From Nitrospinaceae bacterium (GTDB lineage Bacteria; Nitrospinota; Nitrospinia; Nitrospinales; Nitrospinaceae), in the NCBI GenBank assembly GCA_965237905.1, contig OZ250172.1, forward strand, positions 3,022,608 to 3,086,607: a stretch of 64,000 bases of DNA, in the 5' to 3' direction. Position numbers and translations under genes: made by a program. A model generated the notes under the pieces. The model was not told the DNA's origin and did not search any database. It saw nothing but the letters and a program-made list of their open reading frames with translations. Below, in pieces: positions 42,223 to 51,688 of the stretch. Each line of letters opens with the position of its first letter. The stretch's first letter is position 1.

Positions 42223-44106
42223 TTACTTGAGCGATTTGCCGGCGGCACGTGCGGTTTTCAGCTTCTCCGCCTTGTCCTTGTCGTACCACCACCACTCCAG
42301 AAAATGAGAAAATCGTGAGGATGCCGAAGGAATAACTTTAGGATGTGAGAATTTATTCCAATATACCATGCGGTCATAACCGATGTACCAGTTGGGTACC
42401 ATGTAAAACTGGTGGGTCAGTATACGGTCCATCGCTTGGATGGCGTTGACCAGTTCTTTGCGTGTCTTGGCTTTGACGATGATATCGACCAGTTCGTCGA
42501 TTGCCGGGTTCTCGATTCGCATGTAGTTGCGGGAGCCTGGAACTTTTGCAGCTTCGCTGGTCCACATGCTACGTTGCTCGTTTCCGGGTGAACGCGATTG
42601 GCCATACCCGGTGATAATCATGTCATATTTGAATTCGCGCGTCCGCTCCTCGTATTGGGCGGTTTTAACCATCTTTACTTTTAAGTTAATTCCAATTTTA
42701 GCCAGATTACTTTTATAGGGCTCTACAATTCTTTCCCATTGGGGATTGTCAAGAAGGACTTCAAATTCCAACCGTTTTCCATTTTTTTGACGAATTCCTC
42801 TAGCTCCAGATTTCCATCCCTCCGAATTGAGCAGTTTGTTGGCCAGGGCAATATTTTTTTCGATGGGGATGCCTTGGCCGGGTGCTCCGACGGGTTTTGT
42901 GAACACCGTTTTTGGAACAACCTTCTTACCGTATTTTTTTCTCAGGTTCAGCAACATTTCCTTTACTTCTCCCTGAGGCAGGCCTTTCGCCTTCATTTCA
43001 GGATTGTTGTCAAAGTAACAATCGTTCCGTGTGTATTGATCGTAAAACAGGTTCCGGTTGCTCCAGTCGAAATCCATCATCATGGCAATGGCGGCGCGCA
43101 CCTTACGGGATTTGAAAATGGGGTTCCGCAGGTTCATGGCAAAGCCCTGCATACCTGCTACACGGGTATGAGGGAGTTCTTTGCGGAGATAGTAACCTTT
43201 TTTTACAAAATCACCTTTATAGTCCAACGCCCAGTCCCGCGAGTTGCCTATCATGTTGAGATCAAATTCGCCTCCTTTGAAAGCTTCCCGTATCGCAACA
43301 GAGTCGAGGTAGACTTTGACCGTGATCTCATCGAAGTTGAAGCGGCCTTTGTTGATAGCTAAATCTTTGCCCCACCAGTTGGGGTCGCGCTGGTAGGTGA
43401 TGTACTTACCGAATTCGTATTTTTTCACCTTGTAGGGTCCGCTTCCGAGTGCCATGGCATCGAAATCCGAACCGAATTTTTTTCCTTTCTGGCCATAGAC
43501 GTGCTTGGGTAGGATTGCCATTTGACCCACAATCAAAGGGAGTTCCTGGTTATAGAACGCGAACGTGTATTTCACCCGATAGGAATCCAATTTTTCTGCT
43601 TTTTTGATATCGGCGAAATAATGTTTGAAAAAGGGATGAAACTCCGGGTCTTTTTTGATCAGATCGAACGAGAACACAAAATCGTCCGCTGTCACCGGAT
43701 GCCCATCTGCAAATTTGGCGTTTTTGCGAATGTGGTAAACCATGCTGAACCGGTCGTCCGCCAGTTCTGCCTTTTCGACCAGGTTGCCGTACTGCGAGAA
43801 ATGCTCGTCATCATCCACCGAGCTGTCCATGGGGGTTTGAAATACCAGTGCATCAATCAATCGGGCGGGAACTCCTTTAAGGGAAAAGGGGTTTAGTTTG
43901 GTGAATGACCCAAAGACACTTAAAGTCAGGTACCCGCCCTTGGGAGCGTTGGGATTGCCGTAATCGTAGGTTTGACCTGGCTGGTATTTGAGGTCTTGGG
44001 GGCCATACAGAGAGAGTCCGTGCGAGGTTTTTTCCGCCAAGACGGAAGGAGCATAAAGTAAAACGAACCCTAGCAGGAGGACCAGGAGCAAAAAGTGTTT
44101 TTTCAT
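42223..44106 (-). CDS. Peptide ABC transporter substrate-binding protein (YejA-like)
   Basis: Signal peptide; NPNAPKGG, LNPFSLKG, LGSGPY, SPGNEQR, ALD-like AMDRIL, WWYD. Confidence 0.92.
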   Translation of the reverse strand: MKKHFLLLVLLLGFVLLYAPSVLAEKTSHGLSLYGPQDLKYQPGQTYDYGNPNAPKGGYLTLSVFGSFTKLNPFSLKGVPARLIDALVFQTPMDSSVDDDEHFSQYGNLVEKAELADDRFSMVYHIRKNAKFADGHPVTADDFVFSFDLIKKDPEFHPFFKHYFADIKKAEKLDSYRVKYTFAFYNQELPLIVGQMAILPKHVYGQKGKKFGSDFDAMALGSGPYKVKKYEFGKYITYQRDPNWWGKDLAINKGRFNFDEITVKVYLDSVAIREAFKGGEFDLNMIGNSRDWALDYKGDFVKKGYYLRKELPHTRVAGMQGFAMNLRNPIFKSRKVRAAIAMMMDFDWSNRNLFYDQYTRNDCYFDNNPEMKAKGLPQGEVKEMLLNLRKKYGKKVVPKTVFTKPVGAPGQGIPIEKNIALANKLLNSEGWKSGARGIRQKNGKRLEFEVLLDNPQWERIVEPYKSNLAKIGINLKVKMVKTAQYEERTREFKYDMIITGYGQSRSPGNEQRSMWTSEAAKVPGSRNYMRIENPAIDELVDIIVKAKTRKELVNAIQAMDRILTHQFYMVPNWYIGYDRMVYWNKFSHPKVIPSASSRFSHFLEWWWYDKDKAEKLKTARAAGKSLK

Positions 44107-44182
44107 GAATGTGCCTTTTGGGTGATTCCATCGTCCCGGTGGTTGCCGGGACCCGGTTGACGGATATGCAGGTGATGTCCGG

Positions 44183-44203
44183 AAAGCAAACTGCTATTGC
44201 TTT
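44183..44203. promoter_or_regulatory. Palindromic candidate operator between divergent yejA-like gene and ispG
   Basis: AAAGCAA-N7-TTGCTTT perfect inverted repeat. Confidence 0.35.
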
Positions 44204-44332
44204 TAGTCAACTATAAATCAAAAGCTTGATGATTCCAAGGAAGCAACTTGGAGTAGAATAGTATGAGGGACTTTGGAAACTCAAGGATTCGATTGAGAAC
44301 CCCGCTTGTTTCTGATAACCTTTTGATATTAC

Positions 44333-45535
44333 TTGTCAATCCCACACCAACCCTTTAAAGAAAGAACCCGCGCTGTGAGCTCCCTAATCCAACCTCGTAA
44401 AACCCGAAAAATCCGTGTCGGCTCCCTGACGATTGGGGGCGATTCTCCGATAGCCGTACAGAGCATGACCGCCACCCGGACTGTGGATATCGACGCCACC
44501 GCCCGGCAAATCCAGATTCTTGAAAAGGCCGGGGCCGATGTCATTCGCATCGCCGTCGACAGCAAGGAAGACGTCGAGGCCCTGAAGATTCTTCGAAAGG
44601 CTTCCAAAGCGGTCTTTTCCGTGGACCTGCAGGAAAATTACCGGCTGGCACCGTTGGTGGCCCCTTATGTGAATAAAATCCGATATAATCCCGGCCACTT
44701 ATATCATCTCGACAAGCAACTGACCATTCCGGAAAAGGTCGAATTCATCGTAAAAGCCGCCCGGGAGAATGATTGTGCCATCCGGATCGGGGTCAACAGT
44801 GGGTCGGTGGACCCGGATTATAAGGCCCAGTATGCGGATGACCCTCTACAGGCCATGGTCCGCTGTGCGGTGGACCATTGCCAATTACTGGATGACCTGG
44901 GGTTCGAGAATTATTGCGTTTCTCTCAAGAATTCGGATTGCAAGGAAGTGATCGAGGCCAACAAGCGCTTTGCGGCGGAGCGGCCGGATGTGCCTTTGCA
45001 TCTGGGAGTCACCGAAGCGGGGATGCCGCCGGAGGGAATCATCAAAACCCGAATCGCATTTGAGCAATTGATTCCGGCGGGAATCGGCGATACCATCCGG
45101 GTATCCCTGACTGTTCCCGACGACGACAAAGGCGAGGAGATCGCCGTAGGGCGCTCCATACTCCAAGATATTGAGGATGGGAGGTTTAGGTCCGTTCCCG
45201 AGAACTTTCTGGAGGGTCTGAACATCATCGCTTGTCCCAGTTGCTCCCGGGTCGAGAATGGAAAATTTGTGGATTTAGCGCAGGATGTGCGTAAAATGAC
45301 CGAATACGCTGAGAAGTACAAGATCACCATCGCGGTCATGGGGTGCCGGGTGAACGGCCCCGGTGAAACGGATGACGCCGATCTCGGTCTCTGGTGCGGT
45401 CCGGCCCACGTCAATCTCAAAAAGGGAACGGAAGCGGTTGGAGCATTCAGCTACGATGAAATTCTGGGGAAGCTCAGAGAAGAACTCGACAAGCTGATCG
45501 AAGAGAAGCATGGAGCGCAGGTGGTTCCTGATTAA
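44333..45535 (+). CDS. ispG: (E)-4-hydroxy-3-methylbut-2-enyl-diphosphate synthase
   Basis: [57 protein letters not shown]; start uncertain. Confidence 0.95.
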   Translation: MSIPHQPFKERTRAVSSLIQPRKTRKIRVGSLTIGGDSPIAVQSMTATRTVDIDATARQIQILEKAGADVIRIAVDSKEDVEALKILRKASKAVFSVDLQENYRLAPLVAPYVNKIRYNPGHLYHLDKQLTIPEKVEFIVKAARENDCAIRIGVNSGSVDPDYKAQYADDPLQAMVRCAVDHCQLLDDLGFENYCVSLKNSDCKEVIEANKRFAAERPDVPLHLGVTEAGMPPEGIIKTRIAFEQLIPAGIGDTIRVSLTVPDDDKGEEIAVGRSILQDIEDGRFRSVPENFLEGLNIIACPSCSRVENGKFVDLAQDVRKMTEYAEKYKITIAVMGCRVNGPGETDDADLGLWCGPAHVNLKKGTEAVGAFSYDEILGKLREELDKLIEEKHGAQVVPD

Positions 45536-45558
45536 TTTATTTTATCAAGAGACGATTT

Positions 45559-46935
45559 ATGGAATTCAAAGTAGAAGAGTTGGAAGGGGTCCGGCGCAAG
45601 CTGGACATCGAAGTACCGGGGAATGTAGTTGCACAAAGGGTCACTCGCGCCTACAAGGAAATCAACAAGCAGGTCAAAATGCCTGGATTTCGTCCGGGTA
45701 AAATTCCTCAACATGTCCTCGAAAAGCAGGTGCCGCTGGAGTCGATGTCCCAGTTGTGGCAGGGGCTGATGCAGGAGTATTACGACAAGGCGCTCATGGA
45801 AACCGGCATGATCCCCGCCGGGCCGCCGGAAATCGACCATTCCGCGATCAATGAAGTCAAAAAGGATAAACCGTTTTCTTTTTCGGTGATGATCGACATC
45901 AAACCCGAAGTCAAATTCAAGAATTACAAAGGACTGAAATTCAAGAAAACGTTGTTCGAGGTGACCGATGCCGAGGTTGAAGCCTCCGTTCAAAGTCACC
46001 TGAAACCGTTCGGGACGTTTGTCATTTACCGGGAGGGTCATGAGGTGCAGTTGGATGATCATCTGGTCATGGATTTCGAAGGTTATCTCGACGGCGAACC
46101 TCTGGAAAACGGAAAAGCCAATGATTATCCGGTGCGTGTGGGCGAGAAAAAAATGATCGCCGGGTTTGAAGATCAGTTGATTGGCCACAAGGCGGGCGAG
46201 GATTTGGAGATCAAGGTCACGCTTCCACTCGACTGGAACAAGAAACTGCGGCGGGTGAGCATGCCGATTCCGGGGTCTGCCGCAGAGGAAGCGGATGATC
46301 TGGCAACATTTTATGTGCATATCAAGGAAATTAAAAAATTAAACCTTCCGGAATTGACCGATGAGTTCGTCCAGCAACAGGGGGAAGAGTCGGTCGAGGC
46401 TTTCCGTCGAAAAGTGAAATCCGGCATCCAGGGGATGAAGGAGAATGCCGAGGAGGTCCGCATCAAACAGGACATTTTCAATTACCTGGTGAAGGAGCAC
46501 GAAGTCGATTCACCCGAGTCGCTGATCAAGCAGGAGTTGAAATTCATGATCGACGGGATGAAATTTCAGATCCAGCAGTCGGGCATGAAGCTGGAGGATT
46601 CGGGGTTCGATCCGGAACAGGCGGAGAAGGAATGGCGCGAACGCGCGGTGTTCAACACCAAGGGTTACGTTATTCTGGAAGGTATTGCCAAGGCGGAGAA
46701 CATCCACGTGGCGCAGTCAGACATGGAGGAAGAGTACAAGCGTCTGGCCGAGGAAACCAAAAAACCGGTGGAAGAGGTGAAGCAATCCCTGTTCTCCAAC
46801 CAGGATTATATGACGCAAACCAGTAACCGCATCCTGGGACAGAAAGCACTGAATCTGATTTTCTCGCACTGCGAGTTTGAATTTCTTTCCGAAGCGGATA
46901 TGAAGAAGGAATTGGACAAGGAAAAAAAAGCCTAG
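45559..46935 (+). CDS. tig: Trigger factor
   Basis: PGFRPGKIP ribosome-binding motif; FKBP domain DFEG...MIAGFEDQLIG. Confidence 0.95.
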   Translation: MEFKVEELEGVRRKLDIEVPGNVVAQRVTRAYKEINKQVKMPGFRPGKIPQHVLEKQVPLESMSQLWQGLMQEYYDKALMETGMIPAGPPEIDHSAINEVKKDKPFSFSVMIDIKPEVKFKNYKGLKFKKTLFEVTDAEVEASVQSHLKPFGTFVIYREGHEVQLDDHLVMDFEGYLDGEPLENGKANDYPVRVGEKKMIAGFEDQLIGHKAGEDLEIKVTLPLDWNKKLRRVSMPIPGSAAEEADDLATFYVHIKEIKKLNLPELTDEFVQQQGEESVEAFRRKVKSGIQGMKENAEEVRIKQDIFNYLVKEHEVDSPESLIKQELKFMIDGMKFQIQQSGMKLEDSGFDPEQAEKEWRERAVFNTKGYVILEGIAKAENIHVAQSDMEEEYKRLAEETKKPVEEVKQSLFSNQDYMTQTSNRILGQKALNLIFSHCEFEFLSEADMKKELDKEKKA

Positions 46936-47000
46936 GAACCCACTCAATAAAAATGAGACGTCCGATCCCAGGTGGATCGGTGTGTATATAAAAGGTTGTC

Positions 47001-47426
47001 ATGCTGAAATTCGTCAAGGTCATGGATGAGGAGGAATTGCCGCCCGGCAAATCCGCCATCATCTCCGCAGGAGAGGACGAGATCGCCCTGTTCAATTACA
47101 AGGGCAAGTATTTCGCCATCGCCAACAAGTGCCTGCACAAGGGGTCGCCTTTGGGGGAGGGGCGGATCGAAGAAGGCGTCATCATTTGTCCCAACCACGA
47201 ATGGCGGTATGACCTGGACACCGGGTACTGCCGGCAGAATCCGTTCATGAAAACCAAAATCTACCCGGTGCGCCTGCACAAAGGGAAGATCCGGATCGGC
47301 CTCGAAGTGCTGGAAAAGGATGCGCATCTAAAAGCGGTGGGCAAGGGCGCCCACAACCCCCCCGAAGCCTTAAAATTCAAAATCCATACCATCCAGAAAC
47401 CCATCAACCCCGACGAAACGCTTTAA
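47001..47426 (+). CDS. Rieske [2Fe-2S] ferredoxin (NirD-like) with C-terminal extension
   Basis: CLHKGSPL and CPNHEWRYD ligand motifs. Confidence 0.9.
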   Translation: MLKFVKVMDEEELPPGKSAIISAGEDEIALFNYKGKYFAIANKCLHKGSPLGEGRIEEGVIICPNHEWRYDLDTGYCRQNPFMKTKIYPVRLHKGKIRIGLEVLEKDAHLKAVGKGAHNPPEALKFKIHTIQKPINPDETL

Positions 47427-47433
47427 GCAAATC

Positions 47434-48294
47434 TTAAGACGGTTCTTCCACTTTTAATTTCTTCTTTTTCTTACCCCACGTCCATATCTTCAATTGCGAG
47501 CCGAAATTATAGGCTTGGTCCATCAGGGTTTCGCCGTCCATGGCTTCCCAGCTTCCCGCTTGCTTGTGAGTCAGCAATTCGTAAATGGGAGTTTTGATGG
47601 ACGTGTGAAACAACTCCAGATCGTCATGGCTGACGGGTTTGTGCAGGAGCACCTTGATGGCGACGTCGTCGATCTCATACTCCTCCTTGAGGGATTTCAG
47701 AGCGTCTTCAAGCGTCTCCCCGCTGTGAGTTTTCTTGTCGATTTCCTCTTCGATGGTTTTGTTGCGCTTGGCAAAGGGATATTGAATTTGATCCAATGGC
47801 ATGCCGATATGAAAATCCAGATGCGGAAAGTATAAATAGACCCAATCGCCAAAATCGATTTCTCCGCCTCCTGCAAAGGTGAATTCACGGGCTTCTTCGG
47901 CGGAGTCGCGCACCATTTGATTGTAATGTTTGACGAACCGGTTCATGCAGTCATAAGCCAGGGCGTAGTAATAGGAATTCATCCGGTACCATTGCTTGCC
48001 TTCGTTATGTCCGCCGACCAGTTTTTTCAGCATCAACGTGAGGGTCTTGTCATCCGCGAAGTGATGCGATAACGGAAACGCCTGTTCAAGATAAGGTTCC
48101 GCACTTTCACCATTTTTTCTGAGTTGCTGGAGATTTTCCTGGAGTTCGTTTTTGGCGTGTTTCAGGGAGTGATAGACAATGCGGACGTGGTTCAGTTTCC
48201 GCTGGTAGTTCATGTAATTCTTAAGCTCAGGATTTTTGACCTCATCGCGGTGGTTTGGTTGGCTTTGGGTGACGTCTTTGGCAAACGCTAACAT
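47434..48294 (-). CDS. Hypothetical protein, paralogue of 63048..63716
   Basis: Long ORF with genome-like codon usage; ATG 48294 chosen; shares FP...W-[YF]-x-MN-x-Y-x4-YDC motif. Confidence 0.75.
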   Translation of the reverse strand: MLAFAKDVTQSQPNHRDEVKNPELKNYMNYQRKLNHVRIVYHSLKHAKNELQENLQQLRKNGESAEPYLEQAFPLSHHFADDKTLTLMLKKLVGGHNEGKQWYRMNSYYYALAYDCMNRFVKHYNQMVRDSAEEAREFTFAGGGEIDFGDWVYLYFPHLDFHIGMPLDQIQYPFAKRNKTIEEEIDKKTHSGETLEDALKSLKEEYEIDDVAIKVLLHKPVSHDDLELFHTSIKTPIYELLTHKQAGSWEAMDGETLMDQAYNFGSQLKIWTWGKKKKKLKVEEPS

Positions 48295-48379
48295 GGTGTT
48301 TCGGAGGCTTGAGGATTCCTGATGAGGACCCACTCGGTTCCCCACAATATAAATGTGTATAGGTGAAATTCAGATCAAT

Positions 48380-48401
48380 TATAGGAGATTTCCTATATAA
48401 T
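48380..48401. promoter_or_regulatory. Palindromic operator candidate overlapping a TATAAT box
   Basis: TATAGGA-GATT-TCCTATA (48380-48397); TATAAT at 48396-48401; between divergent genes. Confidence 0.45.
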
Positions 48402-48559
48402 GCAAGCCATCGGTACCCCTGTAGAAAGAGCGATTTTACAATCGAGCCGGACCGAGCGGATAGGCTTTTGGCAGGGAAAGCAAAGGTGATCCGGAAGGTG
48501 TCTCGCAGGGCTCATCCTGCATTTTGGTATTGGCCTTGCGCCAATGGAGCTATTGCTCA

Positions 48560-49627
48560 ATGAACCTAATTTTGAATAGTTATTGTAATTTGAAGTGTAA
48601 TTACTGCTTCGCTGATGAATACATGGAAGAGACCGTGAAGACCCCCGGGAAATCCATGGATTACGAATTTTTCATTGGGGAAATGTTGCCGCGGATTAAA
48701 AACGTCACCCTCATTAATTTTATGGGCGGGGAGCCGACCCTGCACCCCCAATTCAACGATATTCTTTCCAGCACTTTGAAGACCATGCAACCCTTCAGTT
48801 ATCTCGGGGTCTTCACTAATGGATTGATGCCGGAAAAGACTCTGGAGCTATTGCTCAAGACAGTCGGGCCGGAGGGCAGTATCGAGCGTAATATCCAATT
48901 CTCGATCCTCCTGAACTGGCAGACCATGGAGAACATCAGCGAGCGCAATCATCAACGCTGCCGAGAGGTGGCGGAAGCGATTCTTGGAGAAAACGGCTAC
49001 AGCCTCATGTTCAGCCTCAATTTGTATTCGGTTGAGCAGGACCTTGAAACCCAGTGCCGTGAAATCGACGCCATTTATCAGGACATGGGTTTGCCGGCAG
49101 AGCAGAGTTACAAAATCCGGGTCAGTCCTGCGTTTCCTATTGTGGGGGAAGAGGAGAATGTGACGTTGCCGATCAAGGATTATCCCAGGATGGGACGCAA
49201 GATGATCGACCTTCTCAAGGAGTTTCCGCAGTTGACGTTCCGGTTTGACTGTTCGTTTCCACCCTGTTTGTTAGACAACATCTCGGAGGAAGAATATCCC
49301 CTGGTGGAGCGGTTTTTTTATCATGCCAACCAACCGGTTCCCAATATCACGGAGTGGAAGGACCAGGATTTATACCTTGGGTGCGCCGATGACAGCCCGA
49401 TGGACGTCGACCCCAAAGGCGATTGCTTCAATTGTTTTCCGTTTCATGGTTTTAAATTGGGAAATGTCCAGGATTTCAAGGAAGTCAACGATATCGCTGT
49501 GAAGAAAATGCACACCAAATTCCTCGGCCACGTTTTTGAGGACACTCAACCGAAAGAACCCTGCAAAAGCTGTCCGCATTACATGGTGCGCTGCACCAGC
49601 GGGTGTTTCGCCTACAATTTCACTTGA
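48560..49627 (+). CDS. Radical SAM protein with SPASM domain
   Basis: CNLKCNYC, MGGEPTLHP, TNG; C-terminal GC...VDPKGDCFNC...LGNV...CKSCPHYMVRCTSGC. Confidence 0.93.
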   Translation: MNLILNSYCNLKCNYCFADEYMEETVKTPGKSMDYEFFIGEMLPRIKNVTLINFMGGEPTLHPQFNDILSSTLKTMQPFSYLGVFTNGLMPEKTLELLLKTVGPEGSIERNIQFSILLNWQTMENISERNHQRCREVAEAILGENGYSLMFSLNLYSVEQDLETQCREIDAIYQDMGLPAEQSYKIRVSPAFPIVGEEENVTLPIKDYPRMGRKMIDLLKEFPQLTFRFDCSFPPCLLDNISEEEYPLVERFFYHANQPVPNITEWKDQDLYLGCADDSPMDVDPKGDCFNCFPFHGFKLGNVQDFKEVNDIAVKKMHTKFLGHVFEDTQPKEPCKSCPHYMVRCTSGCFAYNFT

Positions 49628-49643
49628 TGCGGTCAGGCCCGCT

Positions 49644-51059
49644 CTAATCCCGGGGACTCTCCAGCAAAAAGTAAAGTACGTTGTCGGTAAAGGCGGGGGT
49701 TTTGGTCAGCCCCAGATGATCGGAAAAAATAAAGTGCACTTGGCTCCAGCGAATCGGTGAAATCAACCGGTGCCTGAGATCTTCGACCTTCCGCTCGTCC
49801 ATAAGAGCGCTACTGCGCAACACCGTGCCATCCCCCGGGCCGGTTTTAATTATTTTTATCCCCCCTTCAGGGTTAATTTGAGCGGTCATTTTGGTTTCCT
49901 CGGCATCTCCCGCAATTAAAAGCAACTTGAGTGAACTCGGCGGTCTGGCCGGAAGGTCCATAGCAGAGGTAAATTGCCGGGCGCGGCGTAATGCCTTGGC
50001 CTGGTGATCCAGTGCGATTTCGAGCCTTTCTTCCCGGCTCTCAATGTCCGGCAAGAGAAATTTTAGAATAGGGTCTTGTTTAGGATCCGCTAATCCCCAT
50101 TGTTGGCTCTTCCACAGTTCCGGATCAAAGAGATCGGTCACCGGTTCGCCATTTGCCCGCATCAATGGAAGATGACGCGCCCTGGGGAGTAATTCATACA
50201 TGGCGGGCATGGTGCTCAGCACCGCGGCAGAATAGCGTGGAAACAGGGAGTCTACGCTGGCCCCGTGAATGAGATCCTCCAGAGAAGTCATGGCCCCGGC
50301 GTTGGGGGTTCCTATGATGACCAGATGATCGACATGCTCGGCTCCAGCCCAGGTGAGTTTTGGGAGACTGCCGTCTTCCGGGAGGTCCGCCGCGCCATAC
50401 CGGAGATAATAACGCGCAACCAATCCACCCATGGAATGGGCCACAAGGTCAAACTTCACCTTTACCATTTTTAAACCGAAACGTTTTTCAGTTTCCTTCT
50501 GGACATAGAGTGCTCTTGTTTTTATAAAACGGTCCAATTCCTTGGCACTTTCGACAATATCCCGGCGCCAGTCATAAGCGAATTGAAAACACGTGTAATG
50601 GTCTTTTCCGTAGTCGATAGCGCCTGCCAAGCCCAGCTCTTCATCCCGATAACCCCCCACGCCCAAGGTTTGCAAAATATTGTAGTAGGCGTTGAGCTCG
50701 AGTGGGATTCCCAGGAAATTGATAACCACCCGATCCAACGCACCATCGGGCTTTACGTGGTCACGCAGTTCCTCCAGTTTTTTTCCTTTTTCCATGGGGA
50801 GGGCAAACTGTCGTGCGCCTGTCGGCGTATTGGGGTCTACCTGGCCCAGTCCGAAAGTTCCCCAGACCCTGTCGCCCGTATCCCGGTCAACCAGCTTGGA
50901 CCCCAGGAGGCCGGGGATTACGATGACGGAATTGCGGTGAGCGCCCTCCTGCATCGCGAGCTCATTATAGATACCACCTAAATTAGGCGTGTGCTCCGTG
51001 GTACTGCAGGCAGAAATTAAAAGAAATAGAAGAGACAGTATCAGGATGTGTTTGGGCAT
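49644..51059 (-). CDS. Lipase/acyltransferase (LCAT-like) lipoprotein
   Basis: Lipobox ISAC; VIPGLLGS, YDWRR, AHSMGG, GTPNAG, GDGTV, DHLGL. Confidence 0.85.
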   Translation of the reverse strand: MPKHILILSLLFLLISACSTTEHTPNLGGIYNELAMQEGAHRNSVIVIPGLLGSKLVDRDTGDRVWGTFGLGQVDPNTPTGARQFALPMEKGKKLEELRDHVKPDGALDRVVINFLGIPLELNAYYNILQTLGVGGYRDEELGLAGAIDYGKDHYTCFQFAYDWRRDIVESAKELDRFIKTRALYVQKETEKRFGLKMVKVKFDLVAHSMGGLVARYYLRYGAADLPEDGSLPKLTWAGAEHVDHLVIIGTPNAGAMTSLEDLIHGASVDSLFPRYSAAVLSTMPAMYELLPRARHLPLMRANGEPVTDLFDPELWKSQQWGLADPKQDPILKFLLPDIESREERLEIALDHQAKALRRARQFTSAMDLPARPPSSLKLLLIAGDAEETKMTAQINPEGGIKIIKTGPGDGTVLRSSALMDERKVEDLRHRLISPIRWSQVHFIFSDHLGLTKTPAFTDNVLYFLLESPRD

Positions 51060-51119
51060 CTTCGCCTTATGGAGGTAAGAGGATATAATTGACAGGCCTC
51101 TTTTATTAATAAAATACAA

Positions 51120-51554
51120 TCAGCCTAGATCGTCGTCTGGAATTTCGACCCATTTGGGATCGCCGTGGGTTTTGAAGTTTCCCGTGCCGGCGAAAGTGCC
51201 TTCATGGTAGATGTTGACCTTGAATTTGCCACCACCGTATTTTTCGGTGATGTAAGGTACGGGGTCCTCAAGGTCAATCAGTTCTTTGGTATCGTATTTG
51301 CCGATCAGTTTGAACTCCATGCCCATGCCGGAAGGCAATAGGACATAAAATTTCAGATTGGTATCGTGAAGGAAGGTCAGCATGTCGTCGTGCATATCCT
51401 GCTTGGTGTAGTCCGGTCCCAATTTCTTCCGGCATCGACGTTTCAAGTGATCCTCCAATAGATTGGAAAACCACCAGTTTTTTTCCTTGCGATCGTCATG
51501 GAGGAAAGGATACTCCACAAATCCGTATTTGTTGATAAAGGGCTTTTTCGCCAT
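51120..51554 (-). CDS. Hypothetical protein
   Basis: GGAG SD before ATG; 144 aa globular-looking; no motif recognised. Confidence 0.75.
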   Translation of the reverse strand: MAKKPFINKYGFVEYPFLHDDRKEKNWWFSNLLEDHLKRRCRKKLGPDYTKQDMHDDMLTFLHDTNLKFYVLLPSGMGMEFKLIGKYDTKELIDLEDPVPYITEKYGGGKFKVNIYHEGTFAGTGNFKTHGDPKWVEIPDDDLG

Positions 51555-51688
51555 AATAGAACTCCAATTTCAGTGGGTTCTATTATATTGACTTTGGGGG
51601 TACCGAACAAGAAGGAGAATCGATTATTCTTTCATCTATCTATAAAAAGTACTGGGAGATCGGATTCAAAACCCGGCTCTACGATGGA

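Noticed and set aside
47001..47426. Rieske protein as evidence of a nitrite reductase (nirD) locus
   Set aside because: No nirB/nirA or other nitrogen-assimilation gene adjacent; only a generic Rieske ferredoxin call is supported.
48400..48489. Alternative 29-codon ORF (MQAIGTPVER...) upstream of the radical SAM gene
   Set aside because: Its ATG overlaps the likely -10 box and its SD lies inside the palindrome; no supporting features.
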